32,000 nucleotides of DNA from Planctopirus limnophila DSM 3776 (GTDB lineage: Bacteria; Planctomycetota; Planctomycetia; Planctomycetales; Planctomycetaceae), in contig NC_014148.1 of the NCBI RefSeq assembly GCF_000092105.1, positions 4,680,001 through 4,712,000 of the forward strand. The letters are read 5' to 3'. This document shows positions 7,946 to 17,046 of the stretch, piece by piece. The first letter of the stretch is position 1, and each line of letters opens with the position of its first letter. The translations under genes were made by a program, and so were the position numbers. The notes beneath the pieces were generated by a model. That model worked only from the letters and a program-made list of their open reading frames with translations, made no database searches and was not told the DNA's origin.

Positions 7946-8083
7946 CAACTCGACTGATACGGATTCCAATAATCAACTGCATTCCCTGGTATGGAGTGGC
8001 TGGGGTTGAGCCTCTTCGCGAACCCCCAGATCGTGCCGAAAATCGCTGGGGGTTCGAAGACTCAACCCCAGCCACCCGCCGCT
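7946..8083. mobile_element. MITE-like insertion carrying an 80-nt imperfect hairpin, flanked by a direct duplication of the VOC gene 3' end
   Basis: CCCTCGTTCTAATCAA occurs at 7930-7945 (it includes the VOC stop codon) and again at 8084-8099. With one mismatch the repeat extends to 21 nt (7925-7945 / 8079-8099). Between the copies, GTGGCTGGGGTTGAG..AACCCCCA (7996-8028) pairs with TGGGGGTT..CTCAACCCCAGCCAC (8047-8075). Confidence 0.6.
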
Positions 8084-8215
8084 CCCTCGTTCTAATCAAA
8101 CTGAATTCCTCAGCATGACAAGAGGCCGGTGGTATGGGAATTTACCCATCGGCTGTCATAACGTGACCTGTGGCCACTCTCGTATTAGCCTCGTTCTGGA
8201 AAGTTCCTGCATAAC

Positions 8216-9544
8216 ATGCCTGCACCTGCTCCCGCTCAAAGTCTGCTCCCGGAAATTGCTGCGCTACTGCCCGCCTCGATCAATGACACCTGGACTCACG
8301 GGCAAGTCAAAGCTGTGGAAGATTTGCTCATCGAGCAGGGAACTTTCCACTTCCCGAGGCTGGAGACAGGTCTGTTTGCGGCAGCGACATCGGTCGCCGA
8401 TGACTTTCACCTGACGGGGTATCAGAACGTCTGGGTACGAGACAACGTGCATGTCGCCCATGGCCATTTTCTCTGGGGTGAGCAGGCCATCGCCGTCGAG
8501 GATGTTGAGGCACTTCTGGCATTCTTTGCGACCCAGAAGCAGCGACTGGCGAACATGATCGAAGGGCGAACCACTCCCGATCAGATCCAGCAGCGGCCGC
8601 ACATTCGCTTTAATGGGAGGACTTTGACGGAAAACAGCGAGTCATGGTCTCACGCCCAGAACGATGCCCTGGGCTATTTTCTCTGGCTCACTTCCAGGCT
8701 CGCAACGACTGGGCAACTCGAGCTTTCCATCGAACAAGCCGCCTTGCTCAATGAGTTCCCGCATTACTTTCAAGCCATCGATTACACGACCGATGAAGAC
8801 AGTGGCCACTGGGAAGAAGAGCGCAAAGTCGAGGCTTCGAGCATCGGTGTCGTCGTGGCGGCCTTGAAGCTGTGGGCCGTCATTCTCGATGAACACCCCG
8901 AGTTCCGCACGGCTGGACGGGGTGCGACGTCGGAGTTCTGCAGTCAGTTGGTGCATCGCGGTGAAGACGCGCTGGCCCGTATTTTGCCCTATGAATGTCG
9001 CCAGGAGAATTCCAGAAAAGTCCGCGCTGTCGATGCGGCTCTGCTCTTCCTGATCTGGCCATTGCAGGTGACAACGGAACCCATGGCCCGCACCATTGTG
9101 GCCAATGTGAGTGAACAACTCGCGGGGCCTTATGGCATTCGCCGCTACCTGGGAGATTCCTATTGGTGTGCCGATTATCGCACGCTGGTCAGTGCCGAAA
9201 AACGATCGACCGATTACAGCGAAGATCAGTCGGCTCGCGATCAGCTCTTGAAGAAAGGTTTCGAAGCACAGTGGTGCCTGTTTGATCCGATCATTTCGAT
9301 CATTGCTGGCGAATGGTACCGCTCGCACGGCCAGCCGGAAGATCTGGCGCTGCAGAAGTTCCACCTATTGCGGGCACTCACACAGCTCACTCGACCAGAG
9401 AGCCGCTTTGGTCCCTACAAATGCCCGGAGTCCTACTTCTGCGAAGCAGGATCGTACATACCCAATGACATCACACCCCTGTTGTGGACTCAGGCCAATT
9501 TGCGCCTGGCACTGGTCGGCATGCTCCAGTCGCTCTCGTCGTAA
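8216..9544 (+). CDS. Glycoside hydrolase family 15 (glucoamylase-like) protein
   Basis: 442 aa. GYQNVWVRDNVHVAHG, SWSHAQNDALGYFLWL and DSGHWEEERKVEASSIGVVVAAL resemble the (alpha/alpha)6-barrel GH15 / phosphorylase-kinase-like catalytic domain. Confidence 0.8.
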   Translation: MPAPAPAQSLLPEIAALLPASINDTWTHGQVKAVEDLLIEQGTFHFPRLETGLFAAATSVADDFHLTGYQNVWVRDNVHVAHGHFLWGEQAIAVEDVEALLAFFATQKQRLANMIEGRTTPDQIQQRPHIRFNGRTLTENSESWSHAQNDALGYFLWLTSRLATTGQLELSIEQAALLNEFPHYFQAIDYTTDEDSGHWEEERKVEASSIGVVVAALKLWAVILDEHPEFRTAGRGATSEFCSQLVHRGEDALARILPYECRQENSRKVRAVDAALLFLIWPLQVTTEPMARTIVANVSEQLAGPYGIRRYLGDSYWCADYRTLVSAEKRSTDYSEDQSARDQLLKKGFEAQWCLFDPIISIIAGEWYRSHGQPEDLALQKFHLLRALTQLTRPESRFGPYKCPESYFCEAGSYIPNDITPLLWTQANLRLALVGMLQSLSS

Positions 9545-9715
9545 TGGCAAATTTTTCAGGAGGTTGTGTCACTCCTGGCAGGTCATTCACGCACTGGTTT
9601 TTTGACTCGATTCACCAACTACGAATAAAATTCATTTTTCCTGGCCATCATCTTTTGCCATTCTCGCATTGATCTCTGAGGGTCTGCGAAGAATGCAAGT
9701 TTTGAGGTTGATGGT

Positions 9716-12700
9716 ATGCATCCGGACGACAAAAAGACGGGCACGCCCGATGAAGAATCGATCTTTCTGGCAGCCATTGACATCGACGACCCTCAGCGGC
9801 GAAGTGCTTATCTCGAAGAGGCTTGTCTATCCGATCCTGCATTACTCAAACGAGTGGAAGCACTCCTTAAAGCGCATGAGGAATCGGGCGCGTTTCTGAA
9901 GATTGCCGGCCTTACCAATTTCGCAGGGAACACACGCGACGATACCGATGCCGAACCCAATGCTTCATCCGCTCCTGCAGGAGAAATTACCAGCGTCGAT
10001 TCGACCAGCAGTCAAGAACGCCTCGATTTATCGATTCTCACTCCCTCGACCAAGCCCGGTTCACTGGGGCGATTACTGCATTACGAGATCGAAGAAGTTC
10101 TGGGAAGTGGTGGTTGCGGGACGGTCTTTCGCGCTTTCGATGAAAAGCTGCATCGCCGCGTTGCTCTCAAGCTGATGGCACCGGAATTGGCAGTCACATC
10201 GCCAGCCAGAAAGCGGTTTCTGCGCGAAGCGCGGGCCTCAGCAGCCATTCGCCATGATAATGTCGTGCAGATTTACGCCGTCGAAGAACAGCCACTTCCT
10301 TTCATCGTCATGGAGTACATTGCAGGCAAAACGTTGCAGCAGATGCACGAAGAGAAGGGGCCGTTCTCTATCGACGAAGTCGTTGCCATTGGCCATCAGA
10401 TCGCCAGTGGCTTGGCAGCTGCCCATGCGACCGGGCTCATTCATCGCGATATCAAGCCAGGGAACATTCTGGTTGAAGATGGTACGCATCGCGTCAAGAT
10501 TACCGATTTCGGACTGGCACGCACTGCCGACGATGCGAGCATTACGCAAAGTGGCGTGATAGCCGGTACGCCGCTGTATATGTCTCCTGAGCAGGCACGC
10601 GGGGAGCCACTCGATTATCGTTCGGATCTGTTCAGCCTGGGAAGTGTGCTCTATGTCCTCTGCACAGGCAGGCCTCCCTTTCGTGCCGGCAATACGATGG
10701 CTGTCCTCAAGCGGGTGGTGGAAGACACGCCGCGCGACATGCACGACATTGTTCCCGAGATCCCCGTCTGGTTGATTGGCGTTGTCGAAAAGCTCCATGC
10801 CAAAGACCGCGAAGCGCGTTTTCAATCAGCGACAGAAGTGGCCGCCCGGCTGAATCTACGGGAAAAAGCTCCTCGCCTCGCTGAGTCTGAACTCCCCCAA
10901 GGTGATGCAAAACCGCTCAGTTCACAGGGAGAAAAACAGCCCCCGAAACAAGAACCTGCCACGACGGTCTTTCTCGCGGGTTCGCATAGGATCACCAGAC
11001 GGTTTTCGGAGGCAGTGCGCCAACCGTGGGGATTAGCCGCGACGGTTTTGCTGGCCATACTTCTCGGCTTTGGCATGACAGAAGCCTCCGGTGTTACCGC
11101 CGTCACGAAAACAGTCATCCGCCTGTTCACACCCACCGGGACACTCGTGGTCGAAGTCGATGATCCGAACATCTCTCTGAGAATCGATGGGCAGGAAATC
11201 GTCGTGACTGGTGCCGGTGTGAAGGAACTTCGATTGCAGCCCGGTCAGTACGAAGTGGAAGCCAAAGAGGGGGATGCCCTCATTCTCAAGCAGTTGGTCA
11301 ACATCTCCAGCAATGGTCGGGAAGTGCTCAAGATTAGCCAGGAAGCCACGAAAAAACCCGCTCAGGCCACAGCCACAATGGGCCAATCAAGTGCTGGATC
11401 GGGGCTTTACAAAGATCGCTCGGTAACCATTCTCAAAGGGAACTGGACGGCAGACGGCAACGAAGTCGTCTTGTCATCCATATTTCCATCTCACATGAGT
11501 TTCGGAAATCCGGCGTGGACGGATATCGACTTCAGCTATGAAACGATGACCACTTCGAATGCCGCCGACAGTCAGGGAGGAATTGGCCTCTTTCGCGTGC
11601 TCGATTTCAATAATGTGCTGAATTTCCCTTTGGGTGCGTATGGTGGACGAGCGATTGAACTCAATCGAGTCATCGAGGGGAAATGGAGCCGCGATAACGA
11701 CGGTGGATATCTCAATTTCGCCTTCGAGCGACAGCGCTGGTATCAAGTCAAGCTGCAGCTTCGCGGCGATAAAACGACCTGTTTTCTGGATGGAGCACAG
11801 GTTCTCACGATGGCCGATCCTCATCGTCTTCAAGGGAAGGTCGGGTTCGCCAGTTGGAACGCTGCGGTTCGCTTTCGCAACATCCGCGTCACCGACCCGC
11901 AGGGAAATCTGCTCTGGGAAGGAGTTCCCGATCTGCCGCAGGTATCACCAGCTGCACCGATTCCGGCAACATCCAAAACGGTTGATCCCGCCGCACCTGT
12001 GGTCACCATGCAGCATATCGACCCGGTGCGCTGGGTCGCCTTCAGCAAAGATGGTTCACGAATCGTTTCGGCCAGCAATGGTGATGATCACGAGATTCGT
12101 GGCGGGATTCGTTATCACGTCGCAGGGAAGGATAACACAGTTCGCGTGTGGGATGCCCAATCCGGTAAAGAGATTCGCCGCTTGTGGATGACGGAAGGGA
12201 GTCATTACGGCCCTATGGGGATTGCCATCTCACCGGATGGAACATCGCTCGCGGCCTCTTCGGGCTGGGCGACGGCCAATGGCCCTTCGGAGCCGCGAGT
12301 CTATGTCTGGAACATGGAAACCGGCGAGCGGTTGCATCACTTCCCGCTGGCCGACAATCACTGCGTCCGCTGTGTGACATTCTCGCCTCAGGGAGGTGTG
12401 GTGAAGCTGGCCCGCAGTGGGAAAGGGGGCATTAACTCATGGACGTTGCCCGAAGGAAAAGAACTGCCCCGAGTCGTTTTTCAAGAGACTCCACCCGGAG
12501 TCGAAGCACCGCGAATGTCGTTCTCGCCTGATGCAAACTATTTGTTGAGTGCAGTGTGGAATGGCGCGGGTGAGATCCGAGCGTGGAAGACTGACGCCGG
12601 CGAGATTGCCAAAACTTTTCAGGGTCATACGAGGCCCCCCACACATGTGGTGATGTCGGCCAATGGCCAGTTGCTCCTCTCCTGTGCACCAGACTTTACG

Positions 12701-14683
12701 ATCCGACTGTGGGATTGGGCTTCAGAACGACAATTGCTCTGCATCGGCGACGATGAGATCCTCGACAGCCAACCTCGTTGCGTGGCCTTCTCGCCGGACG
12801 GCTCATCCTTTGTGGTCGGTGATGACTCCGGCCAGGTTTCGCTTTACGACACCCGTTCTGGATCGATTCTCGAACGATTCACTGGCCACGCTGCAAGGGT
12901 CAATGATGTTGGTTTCTCGGCTGACGGCAAACGTCTCGTCTCGGGGAGCGACGATCGTACCGTTCGCATCTGGCCCCTTTCCGATCATCCACTATCCGAT
13001 CGACTGATGACGGAGAATGTCAACCCGAGCGCTGGCTCGGATCACGCTGCCACCCGCTATGTGCTGAACCAACAGGGTTCCGTTTGGATCAACGGGGAAT
13101 CGACCGCACGGCAATCGCTGTCCGTCGCGGAATTCGCCAATTCTGTGCAACTCACCGGAATTGAATTTAGAAACAAGCGCGACCTCGACGCGAAGGACTT
13201 CGAAGTCTTTTCCGGATGTCGGGATCTTGAAAAGGTGCGGCTGGGATTCTCTTCCATCAGCGATGCCCACTTGAAACCTCTGGAGAATCTGCCAAAGCTC
13301 ACGCACCTTGAACTGAGCCAGTGCGAGAAGGTCACGGGGGCGGCGATCCGAAAGTTCAAGCACCTGACACATCTGGAAGCGTGGGCGGTGCCCGTGGGTG
13401 ACGACGATCTCGCCCCCCTCAAAGACAACCCTTTCAGAAACCTCGATCTGGGTGGCACGCGGATCACAGGAAAAGCCCTGGCGGCATTCACCAACCTCTC
13501 GGATCTCCGCAGTTCACGGCTGGCCTTCACATCGATCAAAAACAAAGATCTTGCCGCACTCAAGGATTGCCATCGACTCACCTTCCTCGCGCTTTACAAC
13601 ACGGGGATCGGTGATGAAGGTGTTCGCGAGATCTGCGAACTGAAGGCTTTGCGATCTCTTGAGCTGCAGGGTTCCAAAGTCACCAACGAGGTCTTTTTCT
13701 ATTTGATGAAGCTACCCCATCTGCTCTCGGTCGATCTGCGGTACACTCAGGTCACGCCAGAGGCGATCGAGTCATTCCGCAAGCAGAAACCGCTTTGCGA
13801 AGTAAAGTGTGATGCGGGCGTGCTGCCGAGATGGGAGCCGAATGGCGATGAACTGGTGAAGAACGCCAAGGCCGATCGCGCAGCGGCAGCGTTTGTCCTC
13901 AAACAGGGAAAATACGTCTGGCTCGATAATGCCAAAGATCCGCTGCACGGGGACCCGGCGATACTGCCGCCGCACCTGTTCAAATTGACGGGGATCAGTC
14001 TTGAAGGGTTGAAAACTCTCACACCTCGTGATTTCGAGATCTTCAAAGGGTGCCAAAACTTGTCCGATCTGCAGCTTTTGAACATGGGAATCACCGACGA
14101 ACATCTCAGGGCGTTTGAAGGAACAACCTCCATCACAAAGTTAAAGCTCGATGGCCAGGCAGTAACGAGCAAGGGGCTCTCGTACTTTTCAGGCTGCAAA
14201 AGGCTGACCTTTTTATCCGTCTGGGCCACACAGGCAGATGACAAATTCATCCAGTCGATCGCGTCACCTGATTACACTTATCTCAATCTCGGAGGCACTC
14301 GGATCACCGATGCCTCGATCGCGGCCTTTGAAAGCTTACAGAATCTGGAAATGGCGACTTTGAACTTTACCGGGCTGACCGACGAGGGTATCGAACATCT
14401 GGCCAGTGCTGAAAACCTTACTTACCTCGGACTCAATCACACACGATTGACCGACGCCTCAGCCAAAGTTTTTCTCAAGCTCAATCAGCTCGAAGAACTG
14501 ACCCTCAGCAACACACAGTTCAGTGATCAGGGTTTATTGCTGCTGGTGAACGCCCTGCCCAACCTGAAACGACTGAATCTCCTCGAAACGAAGGTCACGG
14601 CCGACTCCGTCGACAAATTCCAATCCTTGCATCCGAAATGCCGGATTCTCTGGAACGGTGGTGAGTTCAAGGACTTCAATTGA
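9716..14683 (+). CDS. Giant membrane Ser/Thr protein kinase with extracytoplasmic lectin-like, WD40 and duplicated LRR modules
   Basis: ATG 9716, TGA 14681-14683, 1655 aa. The Hanks kinase domain spans about nt 10079-10850 (GSGGCGTVF, VALK, HRDIKPGN, DFG, GTPLYMSPE). One TM helix lies at about 11027-11083 (WGLAATVLLAILLGFGMTEA). A DUF1080/jelly-roll-like segment spans about 11420-11900 (ends VRFRNIRV). WD40 repeats span about 12010-12980 (DNTVRVWD, DFTIRLWD, DRTVRIWP). Two paralogous leucine-rich-repeat modules follow at about 13037-13810 and 13871-14680. Confidence 0.9.
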   Translation: MHPDDKKTGTPDEESIFLAAIDIDDPQRRSAYLEEACLSDPALLKRVEALLKAHEESGAFLKIAGLTNFAGNTRDDTDAEPNASSAPAGEITSVDSTSSQERLDLSILTPSTKPGSLGRLLHYEIEEVLGSGGCGTVFRAFDEKLHRRVALKLMAPELAVTSPARKRFLREARASAAIRHDNVVQIYAVEEQPLPFIVMEYIAGKTLQQMHEEKGPFSIDEVVAIGHQIASGLAAAHATGLIHRDIKPGNILVEDGTHRVKITDFGLARTADDASITQSGVIAGTPLYMSPEQARGEPLDYRSDLFSLGSVLYVLCTGRPPFRAGNTMAVLKRVVEDTPRDMHDIVPEIPVWLIGVVEKLHAKDREARFQSATEVAARLNLREKAPRLAESELPQGDAKPLSSQGEKQPPKQEPATTVFLAGSHRITRRFSEAVRQPWGLAATVLLAILLGFGMTEASGVTAVTKTVIRLFTPTGTLVVEVDDPNISLRIDGQEIVVTGAGVKELRLQPGQYEVEAKEGDALILKQLVNISSNGREVLKISQEATKKPAQATATMGQSSAGSGLYKDRSVTILKGNWTADGNEVVLSSIFPSHMSFGNPAWTDIDFSYETMTTSNAADSQGGIGLFRVLDFNNVLNFPLGAYGGRAIELNRVIEGKWSRDNDGGYLNFAFERQRWYQVKLQLRGDKTTCFLDGAQVLTMADPHRLQGKVGFASWNAAVRFRNIRVTDPQGNLLWEGVPDLPQVSPAAPIPATSKTVDPAAPVVTMQHIDPVRWVAFSKDGSRIVSASNGDDHEIRGGIRYHVAGKDNTVRVWDAQSGKEIRRLWMTEGSHYGPMGIAISPDGTSLAASSGWATANGPSEPRVYVWNMETGERLHHFPLADNHCVRCVTFSPQGGVVKLARSGKGGINSWTLPEGKELPRVVFQETPPGVEAPRMSFSPDANYLLSAVWNGAGEIRAWKTDAGEIAKTFQGHTRPPTHVVMSANGQLLLSCAPDFTIRLWDWASERQLLCIGDDEILDSQPRCVAFSPDGSSFVVGDDSGQVSLYDTRSGSILERFTGHAARVNDVGFSADGKRLVSGSDDRTVRIWPLSDHPLSDRLMTENVNPSAGSDHAATRYVLNQQGSVWINGESTARQSLSVAEFANSVQLTGIEFRNKRDLDAKDFEVFSGCRDLEKVRLGFSSISDAHLKPLENLPKLTHLELSQCEKVTGAAIRKFKHLTHLEAWAVPVGDDDLAPLKDNPFRNLDLGGTRITGKALAAFTNLSDLRSSRLAFTSIKNKDLAALKDCHRLTFLALYNTGIGDEGVREICELKALRSLELQGSKVTNEVFFYLMKLPHLLSVDLRYTQVTPEAIESFRKQKPLCEVKCDAGVLPRWEPNGDELVKNAKADRAAAAFVLKQGKYVWLDNAKDPLHGDPAILPPHLFKLTGISLEGLKTLTPRDFEIFKGCQNLSDLQLLNMGITDEHLRAFEGTTSITKLKLDGQAVTSKGLSYFSGCKRLTFLSVWATQADDKFIQSIASPDYTYLNLGGTRITDASIAAFESLQNLEMATLNFTGLTDEGIEHLASAENLTYLGLNHTRLTDASAKVFLKLNQLEELTLSNTQFSDQGLLLLVNALPNLKRLNLLETKVTADSVDKFQSLHPKCRILWNGGEFKDFN

Positions 14684-14846
14684 TGCCGGGTGCCAACCAA
14701 CTTTGGCTGCCCCGGAGGATGTGGAAAAGTTGCCCAGCCTGTTGGCCGCCGGTCTCCGGCATGATCCAATGATTCTCGAAATGCGTTCTCACAGGAACGA
14801 AATCACTTCGCATCATTGACAGGCCTTCAGAGCCGCAGGATTGACC

Positions 14847-15926
14847 ATGGAAGACGAACTCCCACTCCCGATTGCGGGTGAAGCCGAAGAACACACGCTG
14901 ATTTCCGAACAGGAACCGGAGATTGGTGGCAAGTCGGCGTTTCTCGCGCAGATTCGCGAAGTGGCCGACAAGCTGGCACACGATCAGGCCACGCGCGGTG
15001 ATATCAAAATTATTGCCCGGGCCGCTAAAGAACTGCGCTACGCCTTCAAGGTCTTTACCCCCTATCGACTCCATCGCAAGGTGACGGTTTTTGGTTCGGC
15101 CCGCACTCCGGCCAATCATCCCGATTATCTTTCATCGGTCGAGTTTGGCCGCCTGATGGCCAGGAACAACTGGATGGTTTTAACAGGCGCAGGTAGCGGC
15201 ATCATGGAAGGTGCCCATGTCGGCGCCGGTTTACCGATGTCGATGGGTGTGAACATTCTGCTCCCCTTTGAGCAACAGGCCAATTCGGTCATTGATGGTG
15301 ATCCGAAGCTGGTCACGTTTCGATTTTTCTTTACCCGTAAACTGATGTTCGTCAAAGAAGTCCATGCCATCGTGGTCTATCCCGGGGGCTTCGGAACACT
15401 CGATGAACTCTTTGAAACACTCACGCTGATCCAGACCGGGAAGCGGGACATGCTCCCCATCGTGCTGGTCGATCAGCCCGATTGCAATTACTGGTGTGCT
15501 CTGCAGGACTTCATTCGTCATCAACTTCTGGAGCGGGGCCTGATTTCACCGGCTGATCTCTCGCTCTACCGGATCGTCCATTCGCCAGCAGCAGCCGTCT
15601 CTGAAGTGCTGAGTTTTTACCGTGTCTATAACAGCATGCGCTTCGTCAAACAGAATCTGGTACTCAGGCTGAACCACCCCATCAGCGATGAACTGCTGGA
15701 TCAGTTGAATGTCGAGTTTGCCGATCTGCTCATTTCAGGCAGGATCGAGCGAACAGCGGCCCATCCGTTTGAAGCGGACGAGCCACATTTGAAAGATCTC
15801 CCCCGCTTGCGCTTCCATTTCGAGCGGCGGGAAACTGGCCGCCTTAGGCAAATGATCGACGCCCTCAACCTTTCGCCAGAACTTCCGACACCAGAACTTT
15901 CCCCTCAGCAGCCATCTTTATCGTGA
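14847..15926 (+). CDS. LOG / TIGR00730-family Rossmann-fold protein (nucleotide 5'-monophosphate nucleosidase-like)
   Basis: The track starts it at TTG 14841, but the ATG at 14847 is more likely. TGA 15924-15926. Motifs: VTVFGSARTP, GAGSGIMEGAHVGA, PGGFGTLDELFETLTLIQTGK. About 100 aa of extra C-terminal sequence follow the LOG core. Confidence 0.85.
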   Translation: MEDELPLPIAGEAEEHTLISEQEPEIGGKSAFLAQIREVADKLAHDQATRGDIKIIARAAKELRYAFKVFTPYRLHRKVTVFGSARTPANHPDYLSSVEFGRLMARNNWMVLTGAGSGIMEGAHVGAGLPMSMGVNILLPFEQQANSVIDGDPKLVTFRFFFTRKLMFVKEVHAIVVYPGGFGTLDELFETLTLIQTGKRDMLPIVLVDQPDCNYWCALQDFIRHQLLERGLISPADLSLYRIVHSPAAAVSEVLSFYRVYNSMRFVKQNLVLRLNHPISDELLDQLNVEFADLLISGRIERTAAHPFEADEPHLKDLPRLRFHFERRETGRLRQMIDALNLSPELPTPELSPQQPSLS

Positions 15927-16883
15927 GGGAAGATGCTGGAAAGGTTTGACGATTGAACCTCCAGGGAGTGTCAACGGGCCTTCCAGAACGGCATGCGGGC
16001 CAATGTGGCTGTCGGGCCCGATTTCGACCGCACCACGGATGACGACAAAAGGCTCGATGACGACATCAGCAGCGATCTTCGCCTGAGGATCAATCGACAC
16101 CAGCCGGGGATCTACAATCGTTACACCTTCAGCCATCAATTGCCGATCGGTTCGATCTTTGATGACCTGTGCCACCTCGGCCAGTTGAATACGCGTATTC
16201 ACGCCCATCGCTTCTTCGATATCGAAGCAGTCGGCTGCAATGACTAACTCTCGATCGGCTTTGAGCAGAGCCGGTGCATCGGTGAGATAATACTCGCCCT
16301 GGGCATTGGTGGGCTGGAGTCGCTCGAGAGCACTGGCGAGCTTCTGACCATCAAAGGCGTAGCATCCGGTATTGATCTCCTGAATCCGCTTTTCGGCAGG
16401 TGTCGCATCGCGTTCTTCAACAATACGCAGAAACTCACCTTCGGGAGAACGGACAATGCGGCCCAACCCTTCATTGGCCTGAGTCTTGGCTGTCCCAATC
16501 ACAGCCGCAGCACCAGCCCCCTGGGCAGCCAGGAGTTTTTTGAGTGAATCGACTTTGAGCAGTGGAGTATCACCAGAAAGAATCAGCACTGGCCCCTGAT
16601 GCGTCTGCAGGGCTGGCAGACACATTTTGACGGCGTGGCCAGTTCCCTTCTGCTCAGTCTGTAAAGCGAATTCGACATCTTTGTGATGTGCCAGAATCGC
16701 CTGGACTTCATCGGCTCGATGGCCCACCACGACGACGAGTCGTTCAACACCAGCGGCGCGGGCGGCATCAAAGACGTATTCGACCATGGGGCGACCGAAG
16801 AGTGGATGCACGACTTTCGGGAGTGCCGACTTCATGCGAGTGCTTTTGCCAGCTGCAAGAACGATTGCCAGTGGAGCCGCCAT
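15918..16883 (-). CDS. glmU: GlmU-like N-acetylglucosamine-1-phosphate uridyltransferase; short form lacking most of the acetyltransferase domain
   Basis: The likely start is ATG 16881-16883 (MAAPLAIVLAAGKSTRMKSALPKV..., the classic nucleotidyltransferase G-loop), giving 322 aa; the track ORF extends to 17141. QTEQKGTGHAV is present. Only about 70 aa of left-handed beta-helix follow before the stop at 15918-15920. Confidence 0.75.
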   Translation of the reverse strand: MAAPLAIVLAAGKSTRMKSALPKVVHPLFGRPMVEYVFDAARAAGVERLVVVVGHRADEVQAILAHHKDVEFALQTEQKGTGHAVKMCLPALQTHQGPVLILSGDTPLLKVDSLKKLLAAQGAGAAAVIGTAKTQANEGLGRIVRSPEGEFLRIVEERDATPAEKRIQEINTGCYAFDGQKLASALERLQPTNAQGEYYLTDAPALLKADRELVIAADCFDIEEAMGVNTRIQLAEVAQVIKDRTDRQLMAEGVTIVDPRLVSIDPQAKIAADVVIEPFVVIRGAVEIGPDSHIGPHAVLEGPLTLPGGSIVKPFQHLPSR

Positions 16884-17046
16884 ATAAGCGTGAGACCTTA
16901 TGTTGATAGATGCCACTTGTAGGGTGCATGCCAATGCACCAATCTTCTGTGACTTCATATACCTGTTGTGGATAGCAACGCCGAATGTGGTGCATTCCGC
17001 TGGCGCTGCATGCACCCTACGCAAAGACTCCATCTGGCAGCGATGT

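Noticed and set aside
8047-8078. A tRNA-like look: GGGGGTTCGAAG followed by ...CCCCAGCCACC.
   Set aside because: The TTCGAA loop is not closed by a complementary T-stem, and no D-arm or anticodon arm can be drawn. The segment is just the 3' arm of the long palindrome at 7996-8075.
8642-9364. Long antisense ORFs inside well-supported genes. Examples: 8642-9364 (240 aa), 16900-17694 (264 aa), 20824-21381 (185 aa), 10238-10825 (195 aa), 13057-13581, 13747-14250, 5599-6162, 24162-24701, 29413-29973 and 30265-30852.
   Set aside because: Each lies opposite a CDS with clear family motifs. Their products are Arg/Gly/Ser-rich or otherwise featureless, as expected for open antisense frames in GC-rich coding DNA. 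None has a recognisable motif or SD.
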